A stretch of 64,000 bases of DNA from an uncultured delta proteobacterium (GTDB lineage Bacteria; Myxococcota_A; Polyangia; Polyangiales; Houyiibacteriaceae). Positions 20,007-28,903 of the stretch are shown in pieces. Within the stretch, counting starts at the first letter, position 1. Each line of letters begins with the position of its first letter. Under the pieces are notes generated by a model. The model had not been told where the DNA came from and did not search any database. It was given only the letters and a program-made list of their open reading frames with translations. The translations under genes were made by a program, and so were the position numbers. Location: positions 9,086-73,085 of the forward strand of contig CAVQHC010000009.1 in NCBI GenBank assembly GCA_963712235.1, given 5' to 3'.

Positions 20007-20729
20007 TTGGCTGAGCCCAGAACCGTCCCATCGATCTCAATCGTAATTCCCGTCTACGACGAGGAAGCGATTCTGCGCGCGGCCATCCTCGAGCTATTTG
20101 ATCGCCTGAGCTTACTCCCCTGGCCCTATGAGATCTTGATCGCAGAAAACGGATCGACCGACCGAACCCTCGAGATCGCAACCGAGCTCGCTTCGCGTTT
20201 CGACGCGATCCGCTGCCATCACACCACGGCGCCGAACTACGGCAAGGCGCTCCGAGAGGGTATCCTGAGCGCCGAGGGTGAGATTGTGATTTGCGACGAG
20301 ATCGACCTCTGCGACACGGACTTCTACGAGCGCGCGCTATCGCTGCTTCGAGACCTATCGGTGGATTTCGTCGTCGGTTCCAAAGCCATGGAAGGCGCCG
20401 TGGACGGTCGCCCCTTTTTCCGGCGGCTCGGAACCTTGGTGATCAACTCCATGCTGAAGGCTGCACTCGGATTCAGAGGCACCGATACCCACGGGCTCAA
20501 GGCCTTTCGAAGGGAGAAGGTTCAACCGATCGCACGCGCTTGCCTGATCGATCGCGATCTGTTCGCGTCGGAGCTCGTGATCCGAGCAGAGCGGGCCGGC
20601 CTAGGCGTGCGCGAAATTCCGGTGCGGGTACAGGAGAAGCGGCCGCCAACAGTTGGGCTCGCCCGGCGAGTTCCCAGCGTCCTCCGAAACTTTGCAAAAT
20701 TGTTCATCGCGATTCGGTTCAAAAGGTGA
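20007..20729 (+). CDS. Family 2 glycosyltransferase (dolichyl-phosphate sugar synthase-like)
   Basis: [10 protein letters not shown]...ENGSTDRT...DEIDL (DxD) pattern. TTG start. Confidence 0.85.
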   Translation: MAEPRTVPSISIVIPVYDEEAILRAAILELFDRLSLLPWPYEILIAENGSTDRTLEIATELASRFDAIRCHHTTAPNYGKALREGILSAEGEIVICDEIDLCDTDFYERALSLLRDLSVDFVVGSKAMEGAVDGRPFFRRLGTLVINSMLKAALGFRGTDTHGLKAFRREKVQPIARACLIDRDLFASELVIRAERAGLGVREIPVRVQEKRPPTVGLARRVPSVLRNFAKLFIAIRFKR

Positions 20730-21661
20730 TGCGGAAACTGGCTTCGATCTCGGTGGACTTGGACGAGGTGCCTCGCTACGCGGCGATTCACGGAGTCGAG
20801 GCGCCAGCGGGGCCAGGCGCCCGCGCCGTGTATGAGAAATGCGTGCCACGACTCACGACCTGGTTCGATGACGACTCGATTCGAGCCACCTTTTTCGCCA
20901 TCGGCGAAGACCTCGAGCGAGAGGAGAACCGCAACACGATTGCCGGGCTTCACGCTGCAGGACACGAGATCGGAAATCACTCGTATCACCACCATTACGA
21001 TCTCACCCGTCGCGCGGCCGGAGACATCGGAGACGAGATTCAACGCGGCGCGACGATCATCGAGCAGAGCTGCGGCACGCGACCCGTCGGGTTTCGCGCC
21101 CCTGGCTATACGGTCAGCGACGTGCTGTTCAGTGCGCTCGAAGCGTGTGGCGTCGAGTACGATTCGAGCGTCTTTCCATGCCCGAGCTACTACGCCTTCA
21201 AGGCCGCGGCGCTGGGGGCGATCAAGCTTCGGGGCCGCCAGAGCTCGAGTATCTTGGACCGACCCGGGGTGCTGCGCGCGCCGAGGGAGCCCTACCGAAT
21301 CGGGCGGCCGTTTTGGAGAAAGGGGGACGGCATGATGGAGCTGCCGATCGGCGTTACGCCGCTGCAGCTCCCGTACATCGGGACTTCGCTCGTCCTTGGC
21401 GGAGACCAACTGGCCGAGCGGCTGAGCAGGCAGATGCTCGAAAGGGAGTTCATCAACCTCGAACTTCACGGGTTCGATCTGGCGGACGCCTCCGAAGACG
21501 GGCTCGAGGCGCTCAGACCGTATCGAGCGGACCTGAGGCGGTCGGCAGCGGAGAAGCTTCGCTCGCTTCGAACGGCAGTTCGGGTGATTCGAGACGCCGG
21601 CTACGAGCTCGTCGCGCTCGAGGAAGCCGCGCGGCGCTTCAAGGCGAAACCCAGCCCGTAG
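20729..21661 (+). CDS. Polysaccharide deacetylase family protein
   Basis: The ATG at 20729 overlaps the GT2 stop (TGATG). FF..GEDL...GHEIGNHSYHHHYD NodB-like motifs. Confidence 0.8.
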   Translation: MRKLASISVDLDEVPRYAAIHGVEAPAGPGARAVYEKCVPRLTTWFDDDSIRATFFAIGEDLEREENRNTIAGLHAAGHEIGNHSYHHHYDLTRRAAGDIGDEIQRGATIIEQSCGTRPVGFRAPGYTVSDVLFSALEACGVEYDSSVFPCPSYYAFKAAALGAIKLRGRQSSSILDRPGVLRAPREPYRIGRPFWRKGDGMMELPIGVTPLQLPYIGTSLVLGGDQLAERLSRQMLEREFINLELHGFDLADASEDGLEALRPYRADLRRSAAEKLRSLRTAVRVIRDAGYELVALEEAARRFKAKPSP

Positions 21662-22349
21662 ACGACTTGTTCTGAACGGCGCGGACGGCGAGCTCGTCGG
21701 CCTCTTCGTTGAGCCGTACGCCCTGGTGGCCGCGAACGTGAAATAGCTTGGCGTCGGGATGTGCTTCCAGCACCTTTCGCACTTCCCCGACCAGCTCCTG
21801 GTTCGCACGGACCTTCCAACCCTTCGTCAGCACGCCGATTGAATACGTCGAATCGGTGTAGAGCCTCAGCGGCCTGCCGAGCTCCGTTGCAAGCTCTGCG
21901 GCTCGAAGAATGCCCGTCAGCTCGGCGATGTTGTTCGTCGCCTCCCCGATGTACTCGCTGAGCTCGCGCTTCTGATCGGCCCAGAGCGCGACCGCGCCGA
22001 CGCCAGCTGGGCCCGGGTTACCGCTGCAAGCCCCGTCGGCGTAGACGAGCACTTCGTCACCATCCGGCTTTTCGGGGGCGTCCGATGTTTTTGAGGAGGT
22101 TCCACGCGAGGGCTTTTTGGATGACTTGGATGACTTCTGCACCGCTTCGCCCGGCGCGCAAAACGAATCGGGCTCGATCTCCGAGGCGGACCCAGAGGGC
22201 TTCAAATTCGAAGCGCTTGCAAAATATGCCCTGCCGTCCTTGGGTTTGTACCGGACCTCGACCCTGCCTTCGCGTGTAACGAGCTCCCCGCTCCCATCGC
22301 AACGGGCGAGAACCTCGGCATTGCGTAAACGCATTCGGCGCCATGGCAT
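21639..22349 (-). CDS. rnhA: Ribonuclease HI with an N-terminal extension of about 100 aa
   Basis: YADGACSGNPGPAG...NNIAELT...YTDS...HVRGHQG...NEEADELA (DEDD residues). Start at ATG 22349. Confidence 0.85.
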   Translation of the reverse strand: MPWRRMRLRNAEVLARCDGSGELVTREGRVEVRYKPKDGRAYFASASNLKPSGSASEIEPDSFCAPGEAVQKSSKSSKKPSRGTSSKTSDAPEKPDGDEVLVYADGACSGNPGPAGVGAVALWADQKRELSEYIGEATNNIAELTGILRAAELATELGRPLRLYTDSTYSIGVLTKGWKVRANQELVGEVRKVLEAHPDAKLFHVRGHQGVRLNEEADELAVRAVQNKSSTGWVSP

Positions 22350-22379
22350 GGAGCACGCGTTAGCACGAGGACTTGCCCC

Positions 22380-23324
22380 GTGAAAAGAACTTCCTACCCT
22401 CGGGCTATGTCTCGCTCGCTCAAGGTGGCGGCTGTCGTATCGATCAGCATGGCGGGCTTGCTTTTCGCGGCGATGCAACAGGCCAAGACACTGCGAACGA
22501 GTCGGCTGCTCCATCAGCTTCCGAGCACCGCCCGGGCCATCTTGAGGATTGACGTTGCATCGCTCGAAGGTACGCCTGCAGGCAAGACGCTGCTGGCTGC
22601 GTTCGTTGGCGCCGAGCAGCTCAGTGAAATCGAAGCGGTCTGCGCGCTCGATCCGATCGAGGCACTGAGCGAAGTCGTCGTCTGGATCCGCGGGCCTGAC
22701 GATCAGCCGCTTCAATCGATTGGCGTGATGCTGAGGGGACGTGCCGCAGGTGCCGCAACCCTCGCGGCCTGTCACCGTGCGCTCGTCGAAGGCCGTGGTG
22801 GCACAGTCGTGCGCCTCGACGGTCCCTCCGGGCCCATCTTGGCCAACCGCGATCGGCAGAGCGCGATCGCAGTGGTCGACGACCGCACGATCGTTGCCGG
22901 CTCTGTGACGACCGTGACGGAGGCCATTGGAGTTTGGCGCCGCACCGTGCCTGCCCTCGTCGAACGGCGCCCCATTGCATCGCGTTGGCCGCTCTTGAGC
23001 CGCGGGAGCAGTATTTCAGCGATCTTGGAGCCGCCAAACCACTGGATGTCTGCACTGGAACGGGTCGCGAAACGTTTGGACGGACCATCGGCTCTGGAGG
23101 GCGCGCAAACCATCGGCTTGTTCGTCGAGTCCGGGAGCGCAGCAGCCGTGACCGTGTCCATCGAAGTGAGCAGTGCCGAGCTTGCAGCGAAAGATGCAGC
23201 GCGCATTCGCGATTGGATTGCGTCGCCGCCCGAACACCTCGAGCAGCCATGGACGAGTGTTCTGCGAGACGGCTCGCGTGTCGGCTCACGAACGCACCAT
23301 CGAAGTGACGGTCGACGTGTCTAG
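22380..23324 (+). CDS. Hypothetical membrane-anchored protein
   Basis: N-terminal TM/signal segment (VAAVVSISMAGLLFAAM). The C-terminal ~20 codons look out of frame (see findings). Confidence 0.5.
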   Translation: MKRTSYPRAMSRSLKVAAVVSISMAGLLFAAMQQAKTLRTSRLLHQLPSTARAILRIDVASLEGTPAGKTLLAAFVGAEQLSEIEAVCALDPIEALSEVVVWIRGPDDQPLQSIGVMLRGRAAGAATLAACHRALVEGRGGTVVRLDGPSGPILANRDRQSAIAVVDDRTIVAGSVTTVTEAIGVWRRTVPALVERRPIASRWPLLSRGSSISAILEPPNHWMSALERVAKRLDGPSALEGAQTIGLFVESGSAAAVTVSIEVSSAELAAKDAARIRDWIASPPEHLEQPWTSVLRDGSRVGSRTHHRSDGRRV

Positions 23325-24451
23325 TCTTTCGACGCCTCCGTAGGGCCGATCGTCTCGGCCTCGCGCCCAACGAAGAACTCCGACCTTCTGTACCGGCCGT
23401 CGATTCGCTGGATCAGAATCTTGATGACCGCAGCAGCGGGAACGGCAAGCAGCACGCCAGTAAAACCCAGAAGCTCGGCGCCCACCAGCAACGCAAAGAG
23501 AACCGCAATCGCGGAAATCCCGACGGTGTCCCCCATGATCTTCGGCGTGACTACGAAGCCCTCCAGGCCCTGCACGATCGCGTGCACACCGAGCACCCAG
23601 AGGACCTGCGTCCAACCCTGCCAGTCGAGCGCAGTCATCAGCAAGGCCGTGCCGAGCGCGAGGGTACTCCCGAGATACGGAATGAAGGAAAGCAAGCCCG
23701 CCATGATCCCGATCGGCAGCGCCAAGGGCACCCCGATGGATCCGTACCCGACCGAATACAGGACCGACAAGATGGCCATGACGGTGAACTGACCTCGGAA
23801 AAACTGACCGAGCACCTCGTCCACCTCGTGAAAGAAGCCGTGCGCCTCCGGCCGATGGCGCGGAGGAATCAAGTCCGCGGCTCGGGCCACGAGGGCGTCG
23901 AAGTCGTATAGAAGGTAGAAAGCGAACACCGGGATCATCAGCGAGGCGACGATTGCGCCGACTGCCGATGCCGTCCCACCGAGAAGCCATTTCGCAACGG
24001 CCGTCGCTGGGGTGTAACCCTTGGTGACGACCGACTGCAGGTCGAGGTGGAGCTCCTCGAACGCGTCGCCCACCGAGTTGGGCACCTCCAGGCCGTACCC
24101 GAGGAGGATAGGTTCCCACTCCGCCCGACTTCGTGCGACGAGCCCGGGCAATCGCTTCACGAAGCTCGCAATTTCGTCGTAGACCATGGGAAAGATGACC
24201 AGGAGCGAAACGGCTGTAATCGCGAACACGCCGAGGAGAAGCACAGCAATGCCGACCGCGCGGCCGATCGAGCGGTCGCGAAGCAGCCGGCTCTGTTCGA
24301 TGCGGTCGACCAGCGGGTCGAGCATGTACGCGATCAGGAAGGCAAAGAAGACCGGCGCAAGCACGCCGCGCAGGGTGAAGAGCAGCCACCCGATGACGAG
24401 TGAAACACCGAGCCACAGAACCCAGCGCGGAGCCTTGTCTCGTTCAGACAT
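23321..24451 (-). CDS. AI-2E family transporter (PerM-like permease)
   Basis: Polytopic membrane protein of 376 aa. The overall pattern is typical of the UPF0118/AI-2E family (from memory). Confidence 0.85.
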   Translation of the reverse strand: MSERDKAPRWVLWLGVSLVIGWLLFTLRGVLAPVFFAFLIAYMLDPLVDRIEQSRLLRDRSIGRAVGIAVLLLGVFAITAVSLLVIFPMVYDEIASFVKRLPGLVARSRAEWEPILLGYGLEVPNSVGDAFEELHLDLQSVVTKGYTPATAVAKWLLGGTASAVGAIVASLMIPVFAFYLLYDFDALVARAADLIPPRHRPEAHGFFHEVDEVLGQFFRGQFTVMAILSVLYSVGYGSIGVPLALPIGIMAGLLSFIPYLGSTLALGTALLMTALDWQGWTQVLWVLGVHAIVQGLEGFVVTPKIMGDTVGISAIAVLFALLVGAELLGFTGVLLAVPAAAVIKILIQRIDGRYRRSEFFVGREAETIGPTEASKD

Positions 24452-24472
24452 ATCGGCCTTCTAGCACAGCCA

Positions 24473-25453
24473 TCAGGCCTGACGCCGGAAGCAATCGGGC
24501 GCAATGCCCAGGCGGCGGCGCGAAGGTTCGGTCGTTTCGATGAAGCGCGTGGTCACCGGGTCGTGGTACCCGCTTGCGAGCGCCAGGCCTGGGAGGTCGT
24601 TTCGGTAGAACTCGCCGATGCGGTGCATGCAGACCTCGCGGACGTACTTGCCCACGATGGAAGCCAGCGCCACCGGAAGGTGCCGGGCATCTGCATCGAC
24701 TTCGAAGCGAAGCTCGCCGACACCGTCGACGGCGTATCTGCGTTGGCCGTCACGGTTGGCGAGAGCCTCGACCCGATTGGAGTCAAAGCGGCCGAAGCGA
24801 GAGGCGTAGTCGCGGATGCCGCCGATCATTCCGCAAAGGACGAGCAGCGGAGAGTCTTGGCGAACGCAGACCGACGCGATCAGATCCTCGAACAGCTCCA
24901 GATCGACGGCGAGCTTGTTGATTCCATCCAAGAGCTTCGCATTGAGCAGGCCGGCGCAGGCGACGCGGCTTTGAACCTCGACGATGCGAAGGTTCGATCG
25001 GCCGATCAGCTGATCGAGCAGCCCCTTGCCGTCCGCGACGTTGCCGCCGAACATGGGCAGCGAAGGGTCGACCGCCCAGCACTGCCGCGCGGTCGCTTCG
25101 TCTGGACAGCACGCCCGAAGCCGCGGGCGCGACGTAGGCGCAACGCGATCGAGAAAGTCATCTGCCGAGGTCGGGAGCCGGCCTACCCCACGTTCCACCA
25201 GCGCCAGGGCGACCGATTCGGTGAACGCCATCCTTCCGAACCCACCGGTCTCCTTGCTGTCGGTCAGCCCGAGGCCGAGCCCGCGCTTGCACAGCGCCGC
25301 TCTGGCATACCGGGAGGTCTCGAGAACGACCGAGGTGGCCACCAGAGGCCCCAGTCTCGGCCCCAGACCGTTCTCGTCGACCCCCATCACGAGCATGTCC
25401 GCGATGTACCACGCCGGCCCCAAGCGGTACCACCCCGGGGGGTTTGGCCTCAT
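24473..25453 (-). CDS. Divergent RNase HII (type 2 RNase H)-like protein with a large insertion
   Basis: GVDENGLGPRLGPLV (compare GVDEAGRGPLAGPVV), TDSKE, ASIVGKYVRE and ASGYHDPVT motifs occur in RNase HII order, with about 150 extra residues between them. Confidence 0.6.
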   Translation of the reverse strand: MRPNPPGWYRLGPAWYIADMLVMGVDENGLGPRLGPLVATSVVLETSRYARAALCKRGLGLGLTDSKETGGFGRMAFTESVALALVERGVGRLPTSADDFLDRVAPTSRPRLRACCPDEATARQCWAVDPSLPMFGGNVADGKGLLDQLIGRSNLRIVEVQSRVACAGLLNAKLLDGINKLAVDLELFEDLIASVCVRQDSPLLVLCGMIGGIRDYASRFGRFDSNRVEALANRDGQRRYAVDGVGELRFEVDADARHLPVALASIVGKYVREVCMHRIGEFYRNDLPGLALASGYHDPVTTRFIETTEPSRRRLGIAPDCFRRQA

Positions 25454-25481
25454 CGCGAAATCACGGTAATATTACGATGTT

Positions 25482-26297
25482 GTGGTAGCTCGCATCCACT
25501 CTGCGTCCGGGGACGAGGATCAGGGGCAAACGGAGAACCCGATTGCCCGGATGGTCCGAGAAGCGATCGAGAGCGTCGCGACGCCCGAGGTGCGGGTGCA
25601 GATCCTTCATCGCGCCCTGCACATGGCACGCGAGCATGAAATTCCGGCCGCGGGGGATCGCCTGCACCACTTCGTGGACAAACACCTCCGAACCTCCCTG
25701 GAGTTCTATCTCGGGAACGCGGCCACGGATGCCGTGATGCAGAACCTCGAACCAATGCTGATGTTCGCAGAGACGATCGGCTCTCGGCCGCCACAGCTCG
25801 ACGAGCGCGAGGACCCGACGCGGGACCTCGGCCGTGAACGGGCGCGCTCGGGCGTCAGCAGAAAGTACAGCGGTCATCCATCGGAGCCGAGCACCTCGAA
25901 GTACCCTACGATCGAACCGTTGGGCTCGGCGCTACCCATGGTCTTCGTCGCCACGCGCAACCGATCGCGGTTCGACGCGATCGCCGCGAAGGTCGGCTCC
26001 GCCGCGGCCGTGCAGCAGATCGAGGACGTCGTAGCGTTTCTCGACAACGTCAAGGCGACCGCATCGTTGAGCCCACTGCTCGTCATCGATTGTGTCGAGG
26101 CATCGGTCCAGCCATCGACGATCGCGACATTGGCACACGAGCTGCCGAAAAACTCCGCCGTCTTGATTTGGGGCGCTACCGAAAAGCACCGGGCTCTGAC
26201 CGACCTAGCGACGGGCGATCGAGGATGGTTTCGCTGCGGCGTCGAGGCCAAGCCGGGCGATGTCGCCGCCCTCATCCAAATGCTCCTCGGCAAATAG
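25482..26297 (+). CDS. Hypothetical protein with a receiver-like C-terminal half
   Basis: ORF with coding composition and a flavodoxin-like alternating pattern in the C-terminal half. Start uncertain (GTG 25482 or ATG 25551). Confidence 0.5.
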   Translation: MVARIHSASGDEDQGQTENPIARMVREAIESVATPEVRVQILHRALHMAREHEIPAAGDRLHHFVDKHLRTSLEFYLGNAATDAVMQNLEPMLMFAETIGSRPPQLDEREDPTRDLGRERARSGVSRKYSGHPSEPSTSKYPTIEPLGSALPMVFVATRNRSRFDAIAAKVGSAAAVQQIEDVVAFLDNVKATASLSPLLVIDCVEASVQPSTIATLAHELPKNSAVLIWGATEKHRALTDLATGDRGWFRCGVEAKPGDVAALIQMLLGK

Positions 26298-27089
26298 CCA
26301 ACGAAGGATGCCTCTATCGTTGGCGGCGACAATGGCGCTGTCGTCCTCTTTGCGCGCCGGGTCACTCAGCCACGGCCAGTGGGGTGCTTGTTCCTCGCAA
26401 CCAAGACGCCGCTCCTTGGATCCACAGCCCACGCGGAGATGAAAGTGATCGTCGTGTGATTCGCCACTCGAAGGCTGATGAAGGACCCAGGTCGCGCGAA
26501 CCACTGCCTGAGGCGAACGCTCGTGACGCGCGGCGTAGCGGAGAAGTCGGACCTTGAGCTCGTTCGAGCAGAAGAGCCACTTCACGCGGGCTTCATCGTC
26601 CATGACCAAGCTGCGCACCAAGTGCCAATTGCGTGCATCGTCGAAGCGAAACGATTTGCCCGGCAGAACCGCGAACCCAAACCGATCGAACCGAAGCCAG
26701 GCATTGGAGCTCGCGGTCAGCCCGGCTGCGTCTCTCGCAAAAAACAAAAGGTCTGCGTCGCGGCCGCTGCGATGGGTGCGATGCCTGGCGTGCGAGCCGC
26801 CATGGTCGCTCGACAAATCGCCGATCCGAAGTGGGGGTCCAGCTGGAAATGCGTGCGCTACTTCACGCGCCGCCCGCTCGATCGCGCCAACGAGCGTCGG
26901 TGTGCCGTACTGCGTACGGTCGTGGGGCCGGAGCCGCTGGTAGCCCTCCCCCCTGTCCTCGAGGCGAATCGCGTCGTGAAGGTAGCCGTGATCCGCAGTG
27001 CCAACCGAGATCGTCTGGCCTGCCGGCAACGGCTCGGTCACGCAGGAGCAGATCACCATGATTCCCGCCATCGGGAAAACCCTCATCAT
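26205..27089 (-). CDS. mepA: Penicillin-insensitive murein endopeptidase (MepA/M74-like)
   Basis: GDLS...GG....H.SH..G.D.D and HDDHFHLRV metal-ligand motifs. Confidence 0.8.
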   Translation of the reverse strand: MMRVFPMAGIMVICSCVTEPLPAGQTISVGTADHGYLHDAIRLEDRGEGYQRLRPHDRTQYGTPTLVGAIERAAREVAHAFPAGPPLRIGDLSSDHGGSHARHRTHRSGRDADLLFFARDAAGLTASSNAWLRFDRFGFAVLPGKSFRFDDARNWHLVRSLVMDDEARVKWLFCSNELKVRLLRYAARHERSPQAVVRATWVLHQPSSGESHDDHFHLRVGCGSKERRLGCEEQAPHWPWLSDPARKEDDSAIVAANDRGILRWLFAEEHLDEGGDIARLGLDAAAKPSSIARR

Positions 27090-27158
27090 TTCAAATGCAG
27101 GATAGCCTACGGTTCCGCTTGACGTCCCAAAGCCGCCACGTAAGTTTCGGAATTAGTC

Positions 27159-28193
27159 ATGTCCGAGCCCATCGAAGGATTCATGGACCGCCTCAGCGCG
27201 CACCTCGACCGCGGCTGGGAATTGGTCACGCAGGGTGACTTGAACGGCGCTATGGCGTCGGCCGAGCAGACCCTGGAGCTCGACGGCGATTCGCCGGACG
27301 CCCATAATCTCATTGGTTACATCCACGCCGCCAATGGCAATCTGGACATGGCCCTCGAGCACTACCGTCAGGCCATCGACCTCGACGAGCACTACCTCGA
27401 GGCCATGCTCAACGCGGCCGAGCTTCTGATTCACCCCTTGGGAAGCTTGGCAGAGGCAATTCGCGTCCTCGACCAGGCGCTCGAGAGCTGTCAGACGGCA
27501 GACGACATCGCCGATGCCTCGGTCCTCAAGGTCGATGCACTGCTTCAGCAGGGGGACCGGGCCGCGGCTGCCGAGCTGCTCCTCGGGCTGCCAGAAGGGC
27601 CCTACGAAAACGAACAGCTCGACTTCTTGATCGGGCGCGCGCACTTCGAGCTCGAGCAGATCGATGCAGCGGCGGTTTTGATCGAACGGGCTGCCTCACG
27701 CCCCGACGCGTCGCCGGACGTCCTCTACTACCTCGGACTCCTGCGCGACCGGCAGGAGCGTAGCGGCGAGGCCTCGTTAGCCTTCCTGAAGACGCGACAT
27801 CTCGACGGCCTTCTACCGAGCCCCCCGTGGTCACCCAGCCATGGGCGCTTCGAAAAAATCGTGCAGTCCGCCCTGCGTGAGCTTCCGGAGGAACTCGCGA
27901 AACGGCTCGAGGGCAACCTGATCATGGTGAGCGACCTGCCTGGGCTGGAGGTCGTGGCCGAGGGCGTCGATCCACGAACCCCCCTCCTGCTGGACGAAAT
28001 GGCCACCACCGCCGGAGGCGAAGAGCAACGACGCCTCTTCGTCTACCAGCGAAACATCGAGCGGCTGATTCGACACCCCCTGGGGCTGCAAGAAGACGTG
28101 AAGGAGATCCTGCATCGCGAGCTCGAAGCCCATTTCAACAGGCCAAAAGACGAGCCGCCGGGTACGAAGTTCTCGACCAAGCGTCAGGGCTGA
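27159..28193 (+). CDS. TPR repeat protein with C-terminal zincin-like (DUF1025-type) region
   Basis: TPR-like repeats (AHNLIGYIHAANGNLDMALEHYRQAIDLD). The C-terminal assignment is tentative. Confidence 0.65.
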   Translation: MSEPIEGFMDRLSAHLDRGWELVTQGDLNGAMASAEQTLELDGDSPDAHNLIGYIHAANGNLDMALEHYRQAIDLDEHYLEAMLNAAELLIHPLGSLAEAIRVLDQALESCQTADDIADASVLKVDALLQQGDRAAAAELLLGLPEGPYENEQLDFLIGRAHFELEQIDAAAVLIERAASRPDASPDVLYYLGLLRDRQERSGEASLAFLKTRHLDGLLPSPPWSPSHGRFEKIVQSALRELPEELAKRLEGNLIMVSDLPGLEVVAEGVDPRTPLLLDEMATTAGGEEQRRLFVYQRNIERLIRHPLGLQEDVKEILHRELEAHFNRPKDEPPGTKFSTKRQG

Positions 28194-28903
28194 AGGTCCG
28201 AGGCAATCCCACCTAGGGCGGTCCAAATCCGTCGCATGTCGGGCCGTGCGGCCGCCTCAAACCGCAGGGCGGCGCCGCCCGATGGCGACGGGAAGCTCAG
28301 ACGAGCGCAGTGGAGCATCACCCGCCTCGCCGTGACGACCGTACCGTCAGCTAGGACTTCACGCCGCTTGCCACCGTACGCAGGATCGCCAAAGAGCGGA
28401 GAGCCGGAGCGGGCTGCGTGGACGCGAATCTGATGCGTTCGACCCGTGATGGGCATCAGCCGAAGAAGGGTCGCGCCCGAGCTGCGCGCGCCGACGCGGT
28501 ACCGCGTCAATGCGCTTCGCTCACCGGGGCCGCCCTGTGCGACCCGGAGCTTGGGGTTGCTTTGATCGATGGAGATCGGCCAGGCCCAGTCGCCCGCTTC
28601 GCCGGAAAGCTCATGAACGGTGATGCCGAGGTAGACACGCTCGTATGCGCCTGCGCGTCGAGCGTCGTGCAGCGTCCGGTTCGCCTCAGAACTGAGCGCA
28701 AAGGTCACCAAACCACTGACTTGAGAATCGAGGCGAGAGGTCGCGTGCGCGTGAAGGTCCCCAAACTGCTGAGATACCCATTGAACGAGCGACCGCTCCT
28801 CGGCGTGGGGTGCCGTCGTTGGGAGGCCCGGAGGCTTGTGAACGATCAGGAGATGCTCGTCGTGATGGATGATCTCGGGCTCGGCGCTCTTCGCCTCAGG
28901 CAC
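28184..28903 (-). CDS. RluA family pseudouridine synthase
   Basis: LLIVHKPPGLPT and TGRTHQIRVH motifs. The GTG at 28903 overlaps the upstream stop by 8 nt; the longest ORF start is 28984. Confidence 0.82.
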   Translation of the reverse strand: MPEAKSAEPEIIHHDEHLLIVHKPPGLPTTAPHAEERSLVQWVSQQFGDLHAHATSRLDSQVSGLVTFALSSEANRTLHDARRAGAYERVYLGITVHELSGEAGDWAWPISIDQSNPKLRVAQGGPGERSALTRYRVGARSSGATLLRLMPITGRTHQIRVHAARSGSPLFGDPAYGGKRREVLADGTVVTARRVMLHCARLSFPSPSGGAALRFEAAARPDMRRIWTALGGIASDLQP

